Assembly: GCA_965226885.1 (NCBI GenBank)
Contig: CBDDEL010000017.1
Location: 384,001-448,000, forward strand
DNA from: Opitutales bacterium
Lineage (GTDB): Bacteria; Verrucomicrobiota; Verrucomicrobiia; Opitutales; UBA2987
Direction: 5' to 3'
Length of the DNA stretch: 64,000 nucleotides
Made by a program: the position numbers and the translations under genes. Shown here in pieces: positions 9,728 to 20,352 of the stretch. The notes under the pieces are model-generated. The model saw only the letters and a list, made by a program, of their open reading frames with translations, ran no database searches and had not been told where the DNA came from. The stretch's first letter is position 1. Each line of letters starts with the position of its first letter.

Positions 9728-11236
9728 ATGAAACGAATTGCCGTCGGTCAGATCCAGCAGGAAACCAACACCCTTAACCCCATCCTGGCGAAGCGGGAGA
9801 ATTTTGAAGCTTATGGGCTGGCGCGGGGAGACGAGATCATGGCCCACCATGGCGATGTCAGTGAATTGGGCGGATTCGCCGCTCTTCCCCAAACCCTTGG
9901 GCAGGATGTCGAATGGCTCGGCTTGATCAGAGCCAAGGGCCACGCCGGAGGCCCCCTCTCAGATGCCTTGCTGGAGGAATTCATCGAGGCGGCCTGCGAA
10001 CCTCTCCGCCGGGTTCCGGTGGATGGCGTGCTTTTGGCGCTGCACGGGGCGTTGGCTTCGACCGGATGCCCGGATGCCGAGGGCTCTATCCTGAAACGAG
10101 TGCGGGAAACGGTCGGCCCGGAAGTCCCCGTAGTGGCCACCCTTGATCTCCATGCCAATATCACCCGCCAGATGGTGGATGCGGCCGACGTGCTGGTCGG
10201 TTATCACACTTTTCCGCATATTGACGCCATGCAAACGGGGAGGCGCGCCGCGCGCGTTTTGGCCGACCTGCTGTTAAAAGGACCCGGCATTCGGGTTTCG
10301 GCGACAAAAATTCCCATGGTCGTCAACACACGGGGTTTTACCACCGACAAGGGCGTCATGGCGGATATTTACCGCCGCCTGGTCGAGGCGGAATGTGAGG
10401 ATGGGGTAATCTCCACGGGGCTTTACATGGCGCAGCCCTGGCTCGATGTGCCGGATCTCGGCTGGACACTCTACCAGGCATTCAGGTCCGAAAAACCACC
10501 TTTGCAGGTGGAGCCATTGGTGCGCGAATGCTGGCAGGCGCGAAAGCATAATCAAGCCGTCCTTTCCACTCCCACAGAGGTCGTGCAGGAAGCTCTCTCC
10601 ACCAAGGGCGGCCCGGTCGTCATCTCGGAAGGCCACGACGCCACCAACTCCGGCGCACCGGGCGACAGCACCCGTCTCCTGGCGGCGCTCATCAGCCGCC
10701 CCATCCCGGAAGGCGGAGCCTTGACCTTCTGCGTCGATAAGGAAGCGGTCGAGCGGTGCCACCAAGCGGGTTCGGGGCGCCCCGTCAAATTAATGGTTGG
10801 CGGGCGGCGAGATCCTTTTTCCGAACCGGTGGAACTGGAGGGGACCGTGTCTAGCCTCGGCGCAGTGAGGTTCCTGCTCTCCGGTCATGGCGGGCACAAT
10901 CTTCCCGTTGACTTGGGGCGGGCGGGCGTCGTAAAGAACGCTTTCGCGACTATTGTGTTGACCGAGAGGGAAGGCAATGGCAGCAGCCCGAAACTGTATC
11001 AATCCGTGGGCATCGACCCGAAAAAGTATAAAATTGTGGTTGCCAAAAGCCCTGAGGGATTCCGCCATGACTATGAACCAATGGCGGCGGCCATTCTCTA
11101 CTGCGGAGCGCCCGGATGCGCTTCGGCCAACCTCAAGGAATTGCCTTTCCATCTGGCTTCGCGGCCGCTCTTTCCACTGGATGACTTCGATGACCTCGAT
11201 AAAGCCGCCTGGACCTGGACCGTGACCAAGCAATAA
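9728..11236 (+). CDS. M81 family (MlrC-like) metallopeptidase/amidase
   Basis: QETNT, LALHGA, TLDLHANIT, YHTFPHID and DATNSGAPGD motifs. Confidence 0.9.
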   Translation: MKRIAVGQIQQETNTLNPILAKRENFEAYGLARGDEIMAHHGDVSELGGFAALPQTLGQDVEWLGLIRAKGHAGGPLSDALLEEFIEAACEPLRRVPVDGVLLALHGALASTGCPDAEGSILKRVRETVGPEVPVVATLDLHANITRQMVDAADVLVGYHTFPHIDAMQTGRRAARVLADLLLKGPGIRVSATKIPMVVNTRGFTTDKGVMADIYRRLVEAECEDGVISTGLYMAQPWLDVPDLGWTLYQAFRSEKPPLQVEPLVRECWQARKHNQAVLSTPTEVVQEALSTKGGPVVISEGHDATNSGAPGDSTRLLAALISRPIPEGGALTFCVDKEAVERCHQAGSGRPVKLMVGGRRDPFSEPVELEGTVSSLGAVRFLLSGHGGHNLPVDLGRAGVVKNAFATIVLTEREGNGSSPKLYQSVGIDPKKYKIVVAKSPEGFRHDYEPMAAAILYCGAPGCASANLKELPFHLASRPLFPLDDFDDLDKAAWTWTVTKQ

Positions 11237-11244
11237 AACGACAA

Positions 11245-12558
11245 ATGGACGCCATAAACTCCTCGCAGCTATTCCAACGGGCTCGCCGCTCTTTGCCAGG
11301 TGGAGTCTGTTCCTCCACCCGTTACAACGCAGCCCTGGAAAAGCCTATGTATGTGACCGAGGCGCACGGCGCACGGTTTACCGATGTTGAGGGACGCACT
11401 TACATAGATATGTGCTGTGGTCACGGGGCTGCCCTTCTCGGGCATGGGCATCCGGCCGTTTGCGCCGCTCTCCAGGAAGCCGCCCGATTGGGGGTTTGCT
11501 GCGCCTTCGACACGCCGCACGTGATTCAACTGGCGGAAACGATTTGCCGGTTCATTCCTTGCGCGGAGAGAGTCCGTTTTACCAATTCGGGATCCGAGGC
11601 TACCCTCCACGCCATAAGGCTCTGCCGGGCCGTCAGCGGGCGGGACAAAATCATCCGTTTCACGGGCCATTTCCACGGCTATCACGAACACACCTACATC
11701 GGCGGCCATCCCCCGCTGGAGGCTCTCGACCGCGCCTCCTCCTACCGCGAATCGGCCGGCATTCCCAAGCCGTTGACACAATTCATCGTGGCCCTGCCCT
11801 TTAACGATCTTTCGGCCGTAGAGAACGCACTGAAATCTCAGTCCCATGAAATCGGGACCGTCATTCTGGAACCGATCGACTACAACAGCGGGGCCATCTT
11901 GGCACAACCCGGTTATCTGGCAGGCCTGCGGGAATTGACGAAGAAATATGACGTCCTTCTCTTTTTCGACGAAATCCAATCCTGTTTTAAAAAGAGTACC
12001 GGCGGCGCGCAGACGGACTTCGGAGTGATTCCCGATATTTGCACCATAGGTAAATCGCTGGGCGGGGGATTGCCCCTGTCGGCGATCTGTGGTCCGGCCG
12101 AAATCATGGATCGATTTAAGCCTCTGGGCGACGTTCAGCACAGCGGGACTTTCAACGGCCCCCTGCCCAGCGTTCTGGCCGGAAACGCCTTTTGCGCGGA
12201 AGTGGAAAAACCCACATTTTACGCAAAACTGGAAGAACTCGGAGAACGTTTTTACGGGGAACTGGAGGATATCATCGACCGCCTGGGCCTGCCCGTTCAG
12301 GCGCCCCATCACGGGGCCCGCTTCGGACTTTTGATGGGCCTGGAAGAAAAACCCATCGACTACCGCGACACCCTCAAGCACCGCTCCGACCTGATGCTTG
12401 ATTTTGTCCGCGAAACAGCCCGGCAGGGGGTTTACTTTCACGACTATAACGGCAATCCCTGCCATCACGGTTTCAGCTGGGCTCATTCCATGGAAGACAT
12501 GGAAAAGGTACTCGAGGCGGTTGAAAATGCCTTAATGCGAATCAAAGATCGATTCTGA
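11245..12558 (+). CDS. Class III aminotransferase (GSA-aminomutase-like)
   Basis: FTNSGSEAT, GHFHGYH, FDEIQS and GKSLGGGLP (PLP Lys) motifs. Confidence 0.9.
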   Translation: MDAINSSQLFQRARRSLPGGVCSSTRYNAALEKPMYVTEAHGARFTDVEGRTYIDMCCGHGAALLGHGHPAVCAALQEAARLGVCCAFDTPHVIQLAETICRFIPCAERVRFTNSGSEATLHAIRLCRAVSGRDKIIRFTGHFHGYHEHTYIGGHPPLEALDRASSYRESAGIPKPLTQFIVALPFNDLSAVENALKSQSHEIGTVILEPIDYNSGAILAQPGYLAGLRELTKKYDVLLFFDEIQSCFKKSTGGAQTDFGVIPDICTIGKSLGGGLPLSAICGPAEIMDRFKPLGDVQHSGTFNGPLPSVLAGNAFCAEVEKPTFYAKLEELGERFYGELEDIIDRLGLPVQAPHHGARFGLLMGLEEKPIDYRDTLKHRSDLMLDFVRETARQGVYFHDYNGNPCHHGFSWAHSMEDMEKVLEAVENALMRIKDRF

Positions 12559-12631
12559 TGCCGAACAGCGATGCAAAATGCGTGATTGCCCCAATGACCG
12601 AGAACCGTTTAATCAATCTGAAACCTTAAAT

Positions 12632-13354
12632 ATGAAGCCACACTTTTTAATTATCGCTCTTTTGACGGTATTTGCCACAGGGGCGACCGGACAAACGGAT
12701 ATCGGGGTGGAAAAAGGCGATTCTTTTGAGATCCTGAGGCTGCCGGACGGACGGATTTTAAAAAACGCCGAAGTGCTCTCCGTGGTCGTCATTCTCGACC
12801 ACGACGGCGGCGTGGAGACCGTCGAATGGGACACTTTTCAGGAAACCGTCAACAATCCCGCGGACACTCTTGCCAATGTGAGCAAACCCGCAACCCGCAG
12901 CGCTTTCAGCGGCACGGCTTTTGAAACTCTAAAGTTCGGCGACAATACCAAGGAGGTTTTCAAAAAGTTGAAGAAGTTGGACATCGTTGACAGGATCGAC
13001 ACTTCGGGAGTGAATTTCGTGGCCTTGATAAACCTCGCCGGTCGTCGTTATTTTCTTTATCCTCATTTCAAGAACAAAGCCCTCTCGGTGATTCGCATCC
13101 GTAGCGAATATCGGGAAGCCGATGAATTTGATGAATACCTGCGTCTGGATTGGGAATATTTGAGAAACCTGGTCATCAACAGATTCGGGCTGCCGACCCA
13201 GGCCCAGGATTTTCCTAAAACTCCCTATTTCCCGAGTAAAAGCCTCCACTTGACGGACGATTGGAAAGGCCTTCATGTCGGCATCCAGTTAGGCGTCAAA
13301 ATAATCGAAGATAAATACTACGCCGTCGCCTACATCTCGAGTAAGAGAGAATGA
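12632..13354 (+). CDS. Hypothetical secreted protein
   Basis: Signal peptide-like MKPHFLIIALLTVFATGATG; no recognised family. Confidence 0.6.
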   Translation: MKPHFLIIALLTVFATGATGQTDIGVEKGDSFEILRLPDGRILKNAEVLSVVVILDHDGGVETVEWDTFQETVNNPADTLANVSKPATRSAFSGTAFETLKFGDNTKEVFKKLKKLDIVDRIDTSGVNFVALINLAGRRYFLYPHFKNKALSVIRIRSEYREADEFDEYLRLDWEYLRNLVINRFGLPTQAQDFPKTPYFPSKSLHLTDDWKGLHVGIQLGVKIIEDKYYAVAYISSKRE

Positions 13355-13412
13355 AAGAATTAACCCGTATCTATAAATAGAATTTCTAGATATTACTCAG
13401 CGGCTCCTTTAG

Positions 13413-14978
13413 CCCGGATATTTCATGAAGGGTAAAGTTTGGCTCGTTATTGCTATTGGAGATGGATTTCTTTGTATTTTGAGCAGATCGTCTTGATTTT
13501 TAGGTGTTTTTCAGGGTGTAGAGACACTGCCCCCTTTCCCCCATTGGTTCGGTAGTGCCGGGGGCAGCACCAATGCACCCTTTAGGTTGGCACCAATCGG
13601 CGGGCCGCATGGTTGAAAAGACTGGCCCAAGGATAACTCTCACTTAGGTGAAAGTGAATCGTTCGGGTGTTGCGCACGATGACCGCTCCGATCTTGATTA
13701 ATTTGAGCCGCAGGGTGTGGCATTGGGCCCGCGCCCACTTCGTCCCTTTTAAGGCTAACCGGCGCATGGCTTCCATCAAGGTGTAGGCCAGCGCCGACAA
13801 GAGCAATCGCCACTGATTGGCCCACCATTGATGGGCGCTGGTGCGCTCGCTGAACAATTGCATCTGTTCCTTGATTCGGTTCTCCATTTCACCGCGGCCA
13901 CAGTATACCTTGTCGTAAAGCTCCTGGGGATCGCCCGGCAGGTTCGTCACCACGAAGCGCGGGTTGGACCCCTGTGCGGTGTGTTCGGCTTTATGGATGA
14001 CCAACCGCAGCCATCGCCACGAATCGGCAGCATAGACGAAGTCCTGGAATAACCGTTGTTTTTTACCCCTTAGTTCGAACCATTCTTTGGCCTGCTTTTG
14101 CAACTGCTGGGCGTCTTGCTGCAAGCGTGCATTGCGAGCCATCCCCACGATGTAACTAACTTCGTTGCGGTCGCACCAAGAGAGTATCCGGTCTCGACAA
14201 AATCCACTGTCGGCGCGCCAAATAATCCGCGTACGGGGCCAGCTTTGGCGAATCCGTTTAACCAGCAATTTGAGGATGGCCCCGGCATGCTTGCTGGCAT
14301 CGATCTTGCTCGGCCGCAGGTAGGCCACCAGCAGCTGATCACCGCAAAAACATATAGCGGCAGAAAACAGTAATGATCATAATAACCGTGGAAAAAACGT
14401 CCCTCCTGGAGCCCGTGCACCGGATTGTCGGTGGCGTCAAAGTCCAGGATGATCTCTTCGGGTTCCTCGGCAAAGGAGCCCATGAACTGTTCGACCAACA
14501 GCTCGTTTACCGCAAAGGCCGCCCGCCGATCCTGCCCGTTTTCAAAACGACACAAAGTCGGCGCGCTGGCCAACGTTTCAATGCGCCCCGTTACCGTTTG
14601 CAACAATGGATCGTGGCGCAGGGTATCAAAGTCGTTCAAATCCTCATAGCCCGCCACCAGCCCGTAAACGCGCTGCCGCAGCATCCCCAAGACCTCATGG
14701 CGTACTTTGCCCTTCTGCCGTTTGTCCACTAACTGTCGGGCCGCTCGTTCGGTCAAGCCCAACTGCCGATCCACTTCCCGGATCAAAAGCAGTCCGGCAT
14801 CCGAAGTAACCTCTCCGCCCTTGAAATCAACCCGCACACGGCGGCCTTTTACCCTTGTCAACTGTAGCTTTAATTGTTTACCTTTTGTCATCGCTGATAT
14901 TGCTTTAATTATTGATCTATCCTGCTGTATATCAGCAGTTAAGCATATCAACGATACTTTTTTTACGAAATATCCGGG
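13413..14978 (-). mobile_element. IS1380-family element (1566 bp) with TTAG target duplication
   Basis: IRs CCCGGATATTTC at both ends; TTAG at 13409-13412 and 14979-14982. Confidence 0.95.
13582..14891 (-). pseudogene. IS1380 transposase with a 1-bp deletion frameshift
   Basis: A5 run at 14346-14350 versus A6 at 21286-21291 in the intact copy; YCFLPLYVF then leaves frame. Could be a homopolymer sequencing error. Confidence 0.8.
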
Positions 14979-15042
14979 TTAGTTCCGTCGATATACTGAG
15001 TCCGTCCGACAATTAAACGATCTCTAATTTTTGTGTGATGGA

Positions 15043-16116
15043 TCAGTATTGGAATGGCATTCTCAGTTCCAGGGTTCGTTCAGCCGGCTTGTAAAATCCC
15101 TGCGGGGCATGGTCGGAGGTGTGGAGATAACATTCGACGCGAACTGTTTTGCTACCCTCGGTGAAGATGAAGAGGCGGCTCATGGGCATAGTTTTTTTGC
15201 CTACATGGTATTTAGTCAAGGCGGCCACATTGACGAAATTGACATCCCATTTTCGCTCGATGTGCGATTTGCCGCCATGACAATCGTCCGGGTTGGTGTG
15301 GGTATGGCCGCCCAGCCAGAGATCGATGGTGCCGGGATGAGCTAGCAGGTATTTCTCGAAAGCCTGTGCGTCCGGCTTGCCATCGACAAAGTAGAGGTAA
15401 GAGGCGCCTTCCGGGCCTCCATCGGGGCAGTAGCCGTGATAATTCGCGATCCAGTTGCCTTCCTCGTCTTTGTCAAAGCCTTCCCATGGACCCGAAGCCA
15501 CGGTCGTATTTTTCAGCATGTGATGGTGCGCCGTGATTATAATGGAATTCTCATTAGCGGCGACGATCCGGCGCCACCATTCATAGGTTTCTCCCGTAAC
15601 GGCTCCCGCCGGATAACCCTTAATGTCGCCCCGCCCCACCGGCGGTCCTCCATCGTTGCGATCTCCCATAAGTAGAAAGAGTATATTGCCAATCCGGAAT
15701 GAATAGCGCTCCCAGGAGCCTTCTACCGGGTAGGGGTAATTATTCCTGTGGACCCCGGAATCAGCGGAGTTTTCGCCCATGGGATCAATCCATTTTTTAA
15801 ACCACCATTGGCATTCTTCATTGGGACCGCTGGCGTCATGATTGCCGACCAGGCAATAGAAATGCTCCCTCCGGTGCTTGCTGGAGGCGGAAAATTGTCG
15901 CGCCACCTCGCGCCCTTCGTCGTCTTGCGGGGGCATCTGGCTGCCGGAAAAATCACCCAGCATCAGGGCCACATCCCAGTCAAAAGGCTCCCTGCCATCC
16001 TCCGATTGCCGAATGGCCTCGGCCAGACTCTCGCGATTTCTGCCGTTTGCCAGATCGGTTCCCACATGGGAGCAGCTGGAGGCCCAGATTTTCAATGTTC
16101 TTACGCCCACAACCAA
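15043..16116 (-). CDS. Calcineurin-like metallophosphoesterase family protein
   Basis: LGD, VGNHD, AHH and GGHTH motifs; the first motif is atypical (SCSH instead of DxH). Confidence 0.75.
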   Translation of the reverse strand: MVVGVRTLKIWASSCSHVGTDLANGRNRESLAEAIRQSEDGREPFDWDVALMLGDFSGSQMPPQDDEGREVARQFSASSKHRREHFYCLVGNHDASGPNEECQWWFKKWIDPMGENSADSGVHRNNYPYPVEGSWERYSFRIGNILFLLMGDRNDGGPPVGRGDIKGYPAGAVTGETYEWWRRIVAANENSIIITAHHHMLKNTTVASGPWEGFDKDEEGNWIANYHGYCPDGGPEGASYLYFVDGKPDAQAFEKYLLAHPGTIDLWLGGHTHTNPDDCHGGKSHIERKWDVNFVNVAALTKYHVGKKTMPMSRLFIFTEGSKTVRVECYLHTSDHAPQGFYKPAERTLELRMPFQY

Positions 16117-16143
16117 TTTGATTTTGAATACACTGTCAGCCTG

Positions 16144-17034
16144 TCATTTTTCGCTGAAATGCCGGGCCATCTTTTTGCGCAGGAATTCTACGCTCTGGTG
16201 CAATTGCTCCATCCCATCGACACCATCCTCGATGCTTATCCAACCGTTAAAACCAACCTTGACCAAAATGGAGAAAATCCGGTCGTAATCGTTGAGTCCC
16301 TGGCCGATGGTTCCATGGGACAATCGCTCGGCATAGCCCAAACTGTCCATTTCTTCCCGGCGAAGGTCTTCCAGGCTGCCGGAAACCAGGTAACGATCAC
16401 TGGCGTGCATGGTGACGACACGATTTTTCACCTTTTCCAGCATTTCGATGGGGTCCTCTCCCGCCAAAAGGGTGTTGCTGGGATCGTAGTTGACTCCGAA
16501 CCAGGCCGAGTCGATACGATCGACCAATTGGCAAAAGACATCCATGTGCTGGGCGAATTCCGAATAGCGCCAATAATTATCCTTATAATGATTTTCGATG
16601 GTGAGAGTGACTCCGGCCTCGGCGGCATGTCCGAGGCAGGCCTCAATGCACTCCACGGAATATTCAATGCCCTCCTCCCGCGAAACTTCGGGCCGGCGCT
16701 GCCCGGAGAGCACCCGGCAATAACGACCTCCGAGCGCCCAGGTCAAATCGATCCAGCGTTTTTCAAGGTCCACTTGCCGCTGTCGAAATTGCGCATCCGG
16801 GTGAGTAAAATCGGGTGAACAGCAAAGCATGGGGATTTCGAGTTCATTATCTTCCGCCATCCGCCGGTAGAGTGTCGCATCTTTTTCTTTCTTTAGTTCC
16901 AGAAAACCGGCGTAAAACTCCAATCCTTCGATGTCGAGTGTGGCCGCCAATTCTATCCATTCCCGCAATTTCATGGCGCCGGAAAGGCACAGGTCGTCCA
17001 AAAACGCTTTTGGAAATGCGGCTAACTGAGGCAT
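16144..17034 (-). CDS. Sugar-phosphate isomerase/epimerase (xylose-isomerase-like TIM barrel)
   Basis: LTIENH, NYDPSN, MHASD and WISIED metal motifs. Confidence 0.88.
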   Translation of the reverse strand: MPQLAAFPKAFLDDLCLSGAMKLREWIELAATLDIEGLEFYAGFLELKKEKDATLYRRMAEDNELEIPMLCCSPDFTHPDAQFRQRQVDLEKRWIDLTWALGGRYCRVLSGQRRPEVSREEGIEYSVECIEACLGHAAEAGVTLTIENHYKDNYWRYSEFAQHMDVFCQLVDRIDSAWFGVNYDPSNTLLAGEDPIEMLEKVKNRVVTMHASDRYLVSGSLEDLRREEMDSLGYAERLSHGTIGQGLNDYDRIFSILVKVGFNGWISIEDGVDGMEQLHQSVEFLRKKMARHFSEK

Positions 17035-17039
17035 GTGAT

Positions 17040-17750
17040 TTACTGATCGCCGCCGATGGCCACATCCCCATAAGCGTGCACCTTGTCGCAGATCAGGCGC
17101 AAAGAAGATTCCAGATCGCCCCCGGCGGTGCGGAAAGCGTCGGCGTCGATGGTCAGGGGCGCTCCCAGGACGACCAGCGGAGCCCCGTATTCAGGCGTTC
17201 GCACGGCTTGCTCGAGGGACAGACCGCCCACCGCCTGAACCGGAACGCTCACCGCCGCAACCACTTCGCGCAACCGGTCGAGGGGACTCGGCATGCGACC
17301 GCCCCCCGCAGCGATCCCGCGACGCTCGTCATAACCGATATGATGGATGACAAAATCGCATCCCAGGTCTTCAAGCCGCCTGGCGCCCGCCGCCATGTCC
17401 TTACAGGCGAGATTGTCGCCCATCACCTCGACACCGAAATCCCGCCCCGCCTGAACCACGCATTTAATTGTTTCCGGATGAGCCCGCGCCATCACCACCA
17501 CATGGGTGGCCCCAGCCCCGGCCATCATCTCGGCTTCCAAGTAACCGCCGTCCATCGTTTTCAAGTCCGCCACGATGGGAACCTCTGGAAACCGCTCCCG
17601 TAGTGCCTTGACCCCGTGCAAGCCCTCGGCCAGGAGCAGCGGAGTGCCCGCTTCCAGCCAATCGACTCCCGCCCGGAGAGCCATCTGGGCCGTTTCCAGC
17701 GCCTCGTTGATATCCGTCAGATCGAGAGAGATTTGAACAATGGTTTTCAT
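17040..17750 (-). CDS. OMP-decarboxylase/HUMPS superfamily protein (3-hexulose-6-P synthase or 3-keto-L-gulonate-6-P decarboxylase-like)
   Basis: QISLD, LEAGTPL and VADLKTMDGG (DxKxxD) motifs. Confidence 0.88.
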   Translation of the reverse strand: MKTIVQISLDLTDINEALETAQMALRAGVDWLEAGTPLLLAEGLHGVKALRERFPEVPIVADLKTMDGGYLEAEMMAGAGATHVVVMARAHPETIKCVVQAGRDFGVEVMGDNLACKDMAAGARRLEDLGCDFVIHHIGYDERRGIAAGGGRMPSPLDRLREVVAAVSVPVQAVGGLSLEQAVRTPEYGAPLVVLGAPLTIDADAFRTAGGDLESSLRLICDKVHAYGDVAIGGDQ

Positions 17751-17820
17751 TCTGGAACTTCTATTCCCAAATACTCATTTTGGTCAAAAAAAGATTGATT
17801 TCTACAAGTCACCGGACAAA

Positions 17821-17836
17821 GTAACCAAGTAGTTAC
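17821..17836. promoter_or_regulatory. Palindromic operator GTAACcaagtaGTTAC
   Basis: In a divergent intergenic region; reverse-strand TTGACA at 17856-17861. Confidence 0.85.
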
Positions 17837-17870
17837 TGCGGAGAGGAAAAACAACTGTCAATTACTATTT

Positions 17871-18845
17871 ATGCTCATTGATGTTCATAATCATATCGGG
17901 GTGGAACTGCTTTTCTACCTGCACGGCGATTTCCCCTACGGGCAGGATATTCCAGCCTTGGTCGAAAGAGCGGATTCGCACGGGGTTACCCACTGGGTCG
18001 TATTTCCCTTTGTCAGCAATCTCACTTGCGATTATGGAGCCTTGCGCGGGGGGAAAGTGATTCCTTCCGGTGGGATCGAAAAAATCCCCTACGCCTATGA
18101 AAACCGGCGCTTGATGCGGGAGGTTTACGATTATTTTCCCGAATTTTCGAACCGCTTTCTTCCCTTGCCGATAATCGACCCCAATCGGCGGACAGCGGAA
18201 CAGATTAAGGCACTGAAACAACTTCGGCAGGAGTATCGCTTTTATGGATTTAAAATCCAGGGCAGCATCATTCGTTCAGAGGTCAAGGGACTCTTGCGGG
18301 ATGGCCGGGGTTTTCTCGATCTGGCCAGGGAATGGGACATCCCCGTGCTCATACACAGCAGCGTGGCCATAGACGATATCTGGTCGCAGGCGGTGGACAT
18401 CCTCGATATCGCCGAGGAACATCCAGATGTGCGCTTCTGCCTGGCTCATTCCTGCCGGTTTGACCGTTTCTGCCTGGACCGTCTGGCCGAATTGCCTAAT
18501 GCCTGGTTCGATTGCTCGGCTCACGTCATTCATTGTCGAAGCGTTGAGCAGGGTTTACCCAACGTGGCAAGCGGAGATCGCCTCTTCAGGAGTGATTACA
18601 CGAATCCACCTCAAGTTCTTGCAGACCTCTATTCCGCCTATCCGGAAAAACTGATGTGGGGCAGCGATTCTCCTTTTTATAGTTGGATTTCAATGGAAGG
18701 AAGAATAGCCGTTCCCCTCAAAAGCAGCTATGCAACCGAGGTGCAATGCCTATCGGCCCTGCCTCCGCAGGGATTGTCCCGAATCACCGTGGAAAACATC
18801 CTGCAATTTCTAAAATTGCAGGAAGATTGCGCCCTCTCCGGTTAA
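17871..18845 (+). CDS. Amidohydrolase_2 family protein
   Basis: IDVHNH, PVLIHS, LAH and LMWGSDSP motifs. Confidence 0.85.
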   Translation: MLIDVHNHIGVELLFYLHGDFPYGQDIPALVERADSHGVTHWVVFPFVSNLTCDYGALRGGKVIPSGGIEKIPYAYENRRLMREVYDYFPEFSNRFLPLPIIDPNRRTAEQIKALKQLRQEYRFYGFKIQGSIIRSEVKGLLRDGRGFLDLAREWDIPVLIHSSVAIDDIWSQAVDILDIAEEHPDVRFCLAHSCRFDRFCLDRLAELPNAWFDCSAHVIHCRSVEQGLPNVASGDRLFRSDYTNPPQVLADLYSAYPEKLMWGSDSPFYSWISMEGRIAVPLKSSYATEVQCLSALPPQGLSRITVENILQFLKLQEDCALSG

Positions 18846-20352
18846 CGTAGAGGCTGTCCCAAAAGGGTGATTTTTGCGAGGGCTTTTGATAGGCGCTCAT
18901 TTTAGAGGTATTTGCATTTGGGAGAGTATCAACTTTGCTCTCCTATGACGTTAGGATACTGGTTTTGGGGTCCGGTTGCCTGGTTTTCTTTGTATGAGCC
19001 GACAGTACGGCTGTGAAAAAGTATTGTCCTTGCTTTTCCGCTCTCTAGGCCGCCGCTTTGGTTTTTAGTTCGTCTTGCTGGGCCAGCATCTTGGCTACTT
19101 TCCATAGGTTGTGCGAGAGTACCGACCAGGCTACGCTGATCGAGCGGTTGGCAAAGCCTTTGCTGCGCAACCGCCCGGCCTGCCAGCGATTCTTCAATAC
19201 CCCGATCCGCCCTTCGGTGCTGGCCCGGCGCTTTTGCAATTGTCTGAACAGTGGTTCCTCCATCCGTTTTTTCAACTGCTTCGGATCGCGTGGACAGAGC
19301 GCGTCGTAGATTCCCTCCTGGGCTAACTGCCGGCGGGCCCGCTGGGAGGCAAATCCCCGGTCCGCGCACATGGCCGCTATGGGTTCTTCCAGGTTGAAGC
19401 GGTTCTGTCTTTGCAAACTCTCTTGCATTTGTTCATTTTCGCTTGGAGTTCGGCTGCCGTAGAGTTTCCAGTCCAGCAGGTACCCTTCAACGCTTTCTCC
19501 CAAAAACAGGGTGTTGCCGAACTCGACCTCTTGGCCCGCTTTACCTCGCACAATCACCTGCCCATCGAGTTCGTAAACACTCAAGACTTTCTCTGCGTTT
19601 TTCACCTGGCGGCCGCCAATGATCCGCTCGTGCGCCTGTTTGATGACCACCGGGATTTGCTCGCTCATGCGCTCCATCCGGGCGAGGATCTGTTGGACCT
19701 GTTTTTCGCTGTAATCGCTTTGCTCCCAGCAGGCTTGCAATAATTCCCGGTGACTGCGGGCATGCTCCCCGATCCGTTTGAGCAGCTTTTTCATCTGCCT
19801 CAAGATACCCTTGCGCTGCCGCGCGCTGTCCTTTCGCCGCCGGCTGTGGGTCATCTGTATGCACAGCCGATTCATCTGCCGAGCCAAGGGCTCCGGTTCG
19901 ATCGGCATGCGATGGCGCAAACCGGCCTTCTCGCGGATCAGCCGGATCGCTTTGAGCAACGTGCCGGCTACATCCTTGAGTAATACCCAGTCCGTCGGCC
20001 AATGAATGTTAGCCTCCAAACAGGTGCCGTCGATCAGGCAAATGGTGGTGTCAATCGGCTTGTCCAATCCCACCTGCCGGGCCAGAAGGGCATCGCCCAC
20101 CACCTCAGTCAAGGTCCGGTGCAAGGCCCTCAACTGCTCTTCGCTGAAAAACTTCGAGGCCCGCTCCAGGGTGCTTTTGGAGATGCCCCTGATGCCATCG
20201 ATCTGCCGGACACGGCAAAAGTCGGCCAACAGATCGCTGCTGCCCAGAGCCCGCGACAAATGCCGAAACGAAATCCCTCCGAGCAGACGGCCCAGCGTAT
20301 CCATGCGCAGTGCCTTGATGGCAAAACTGGCCCGCTGCCGCCGGGCCTTTAG

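Noticed and set aside
9728..11236. Microcystin degradation cluster
   Set aside because: Only MlrC-family homologues are present; no recognisable mlrA, mlrB or mlrD
11269..12486. 405-aa antisense ORF over the aminotransferase (likewise 8296-9111, 15748-16818, 20771-21673, 61640-62533)
   Set aside because: Shadow ORFs opposite well-supported genes, with no recognisable domains
14341..14352. Possible programmed frameshift in the IS1380 transposase
   Set aside because: The sister copy is a single ORF with one more A, so a simple deletion or homopolymer error is more likely
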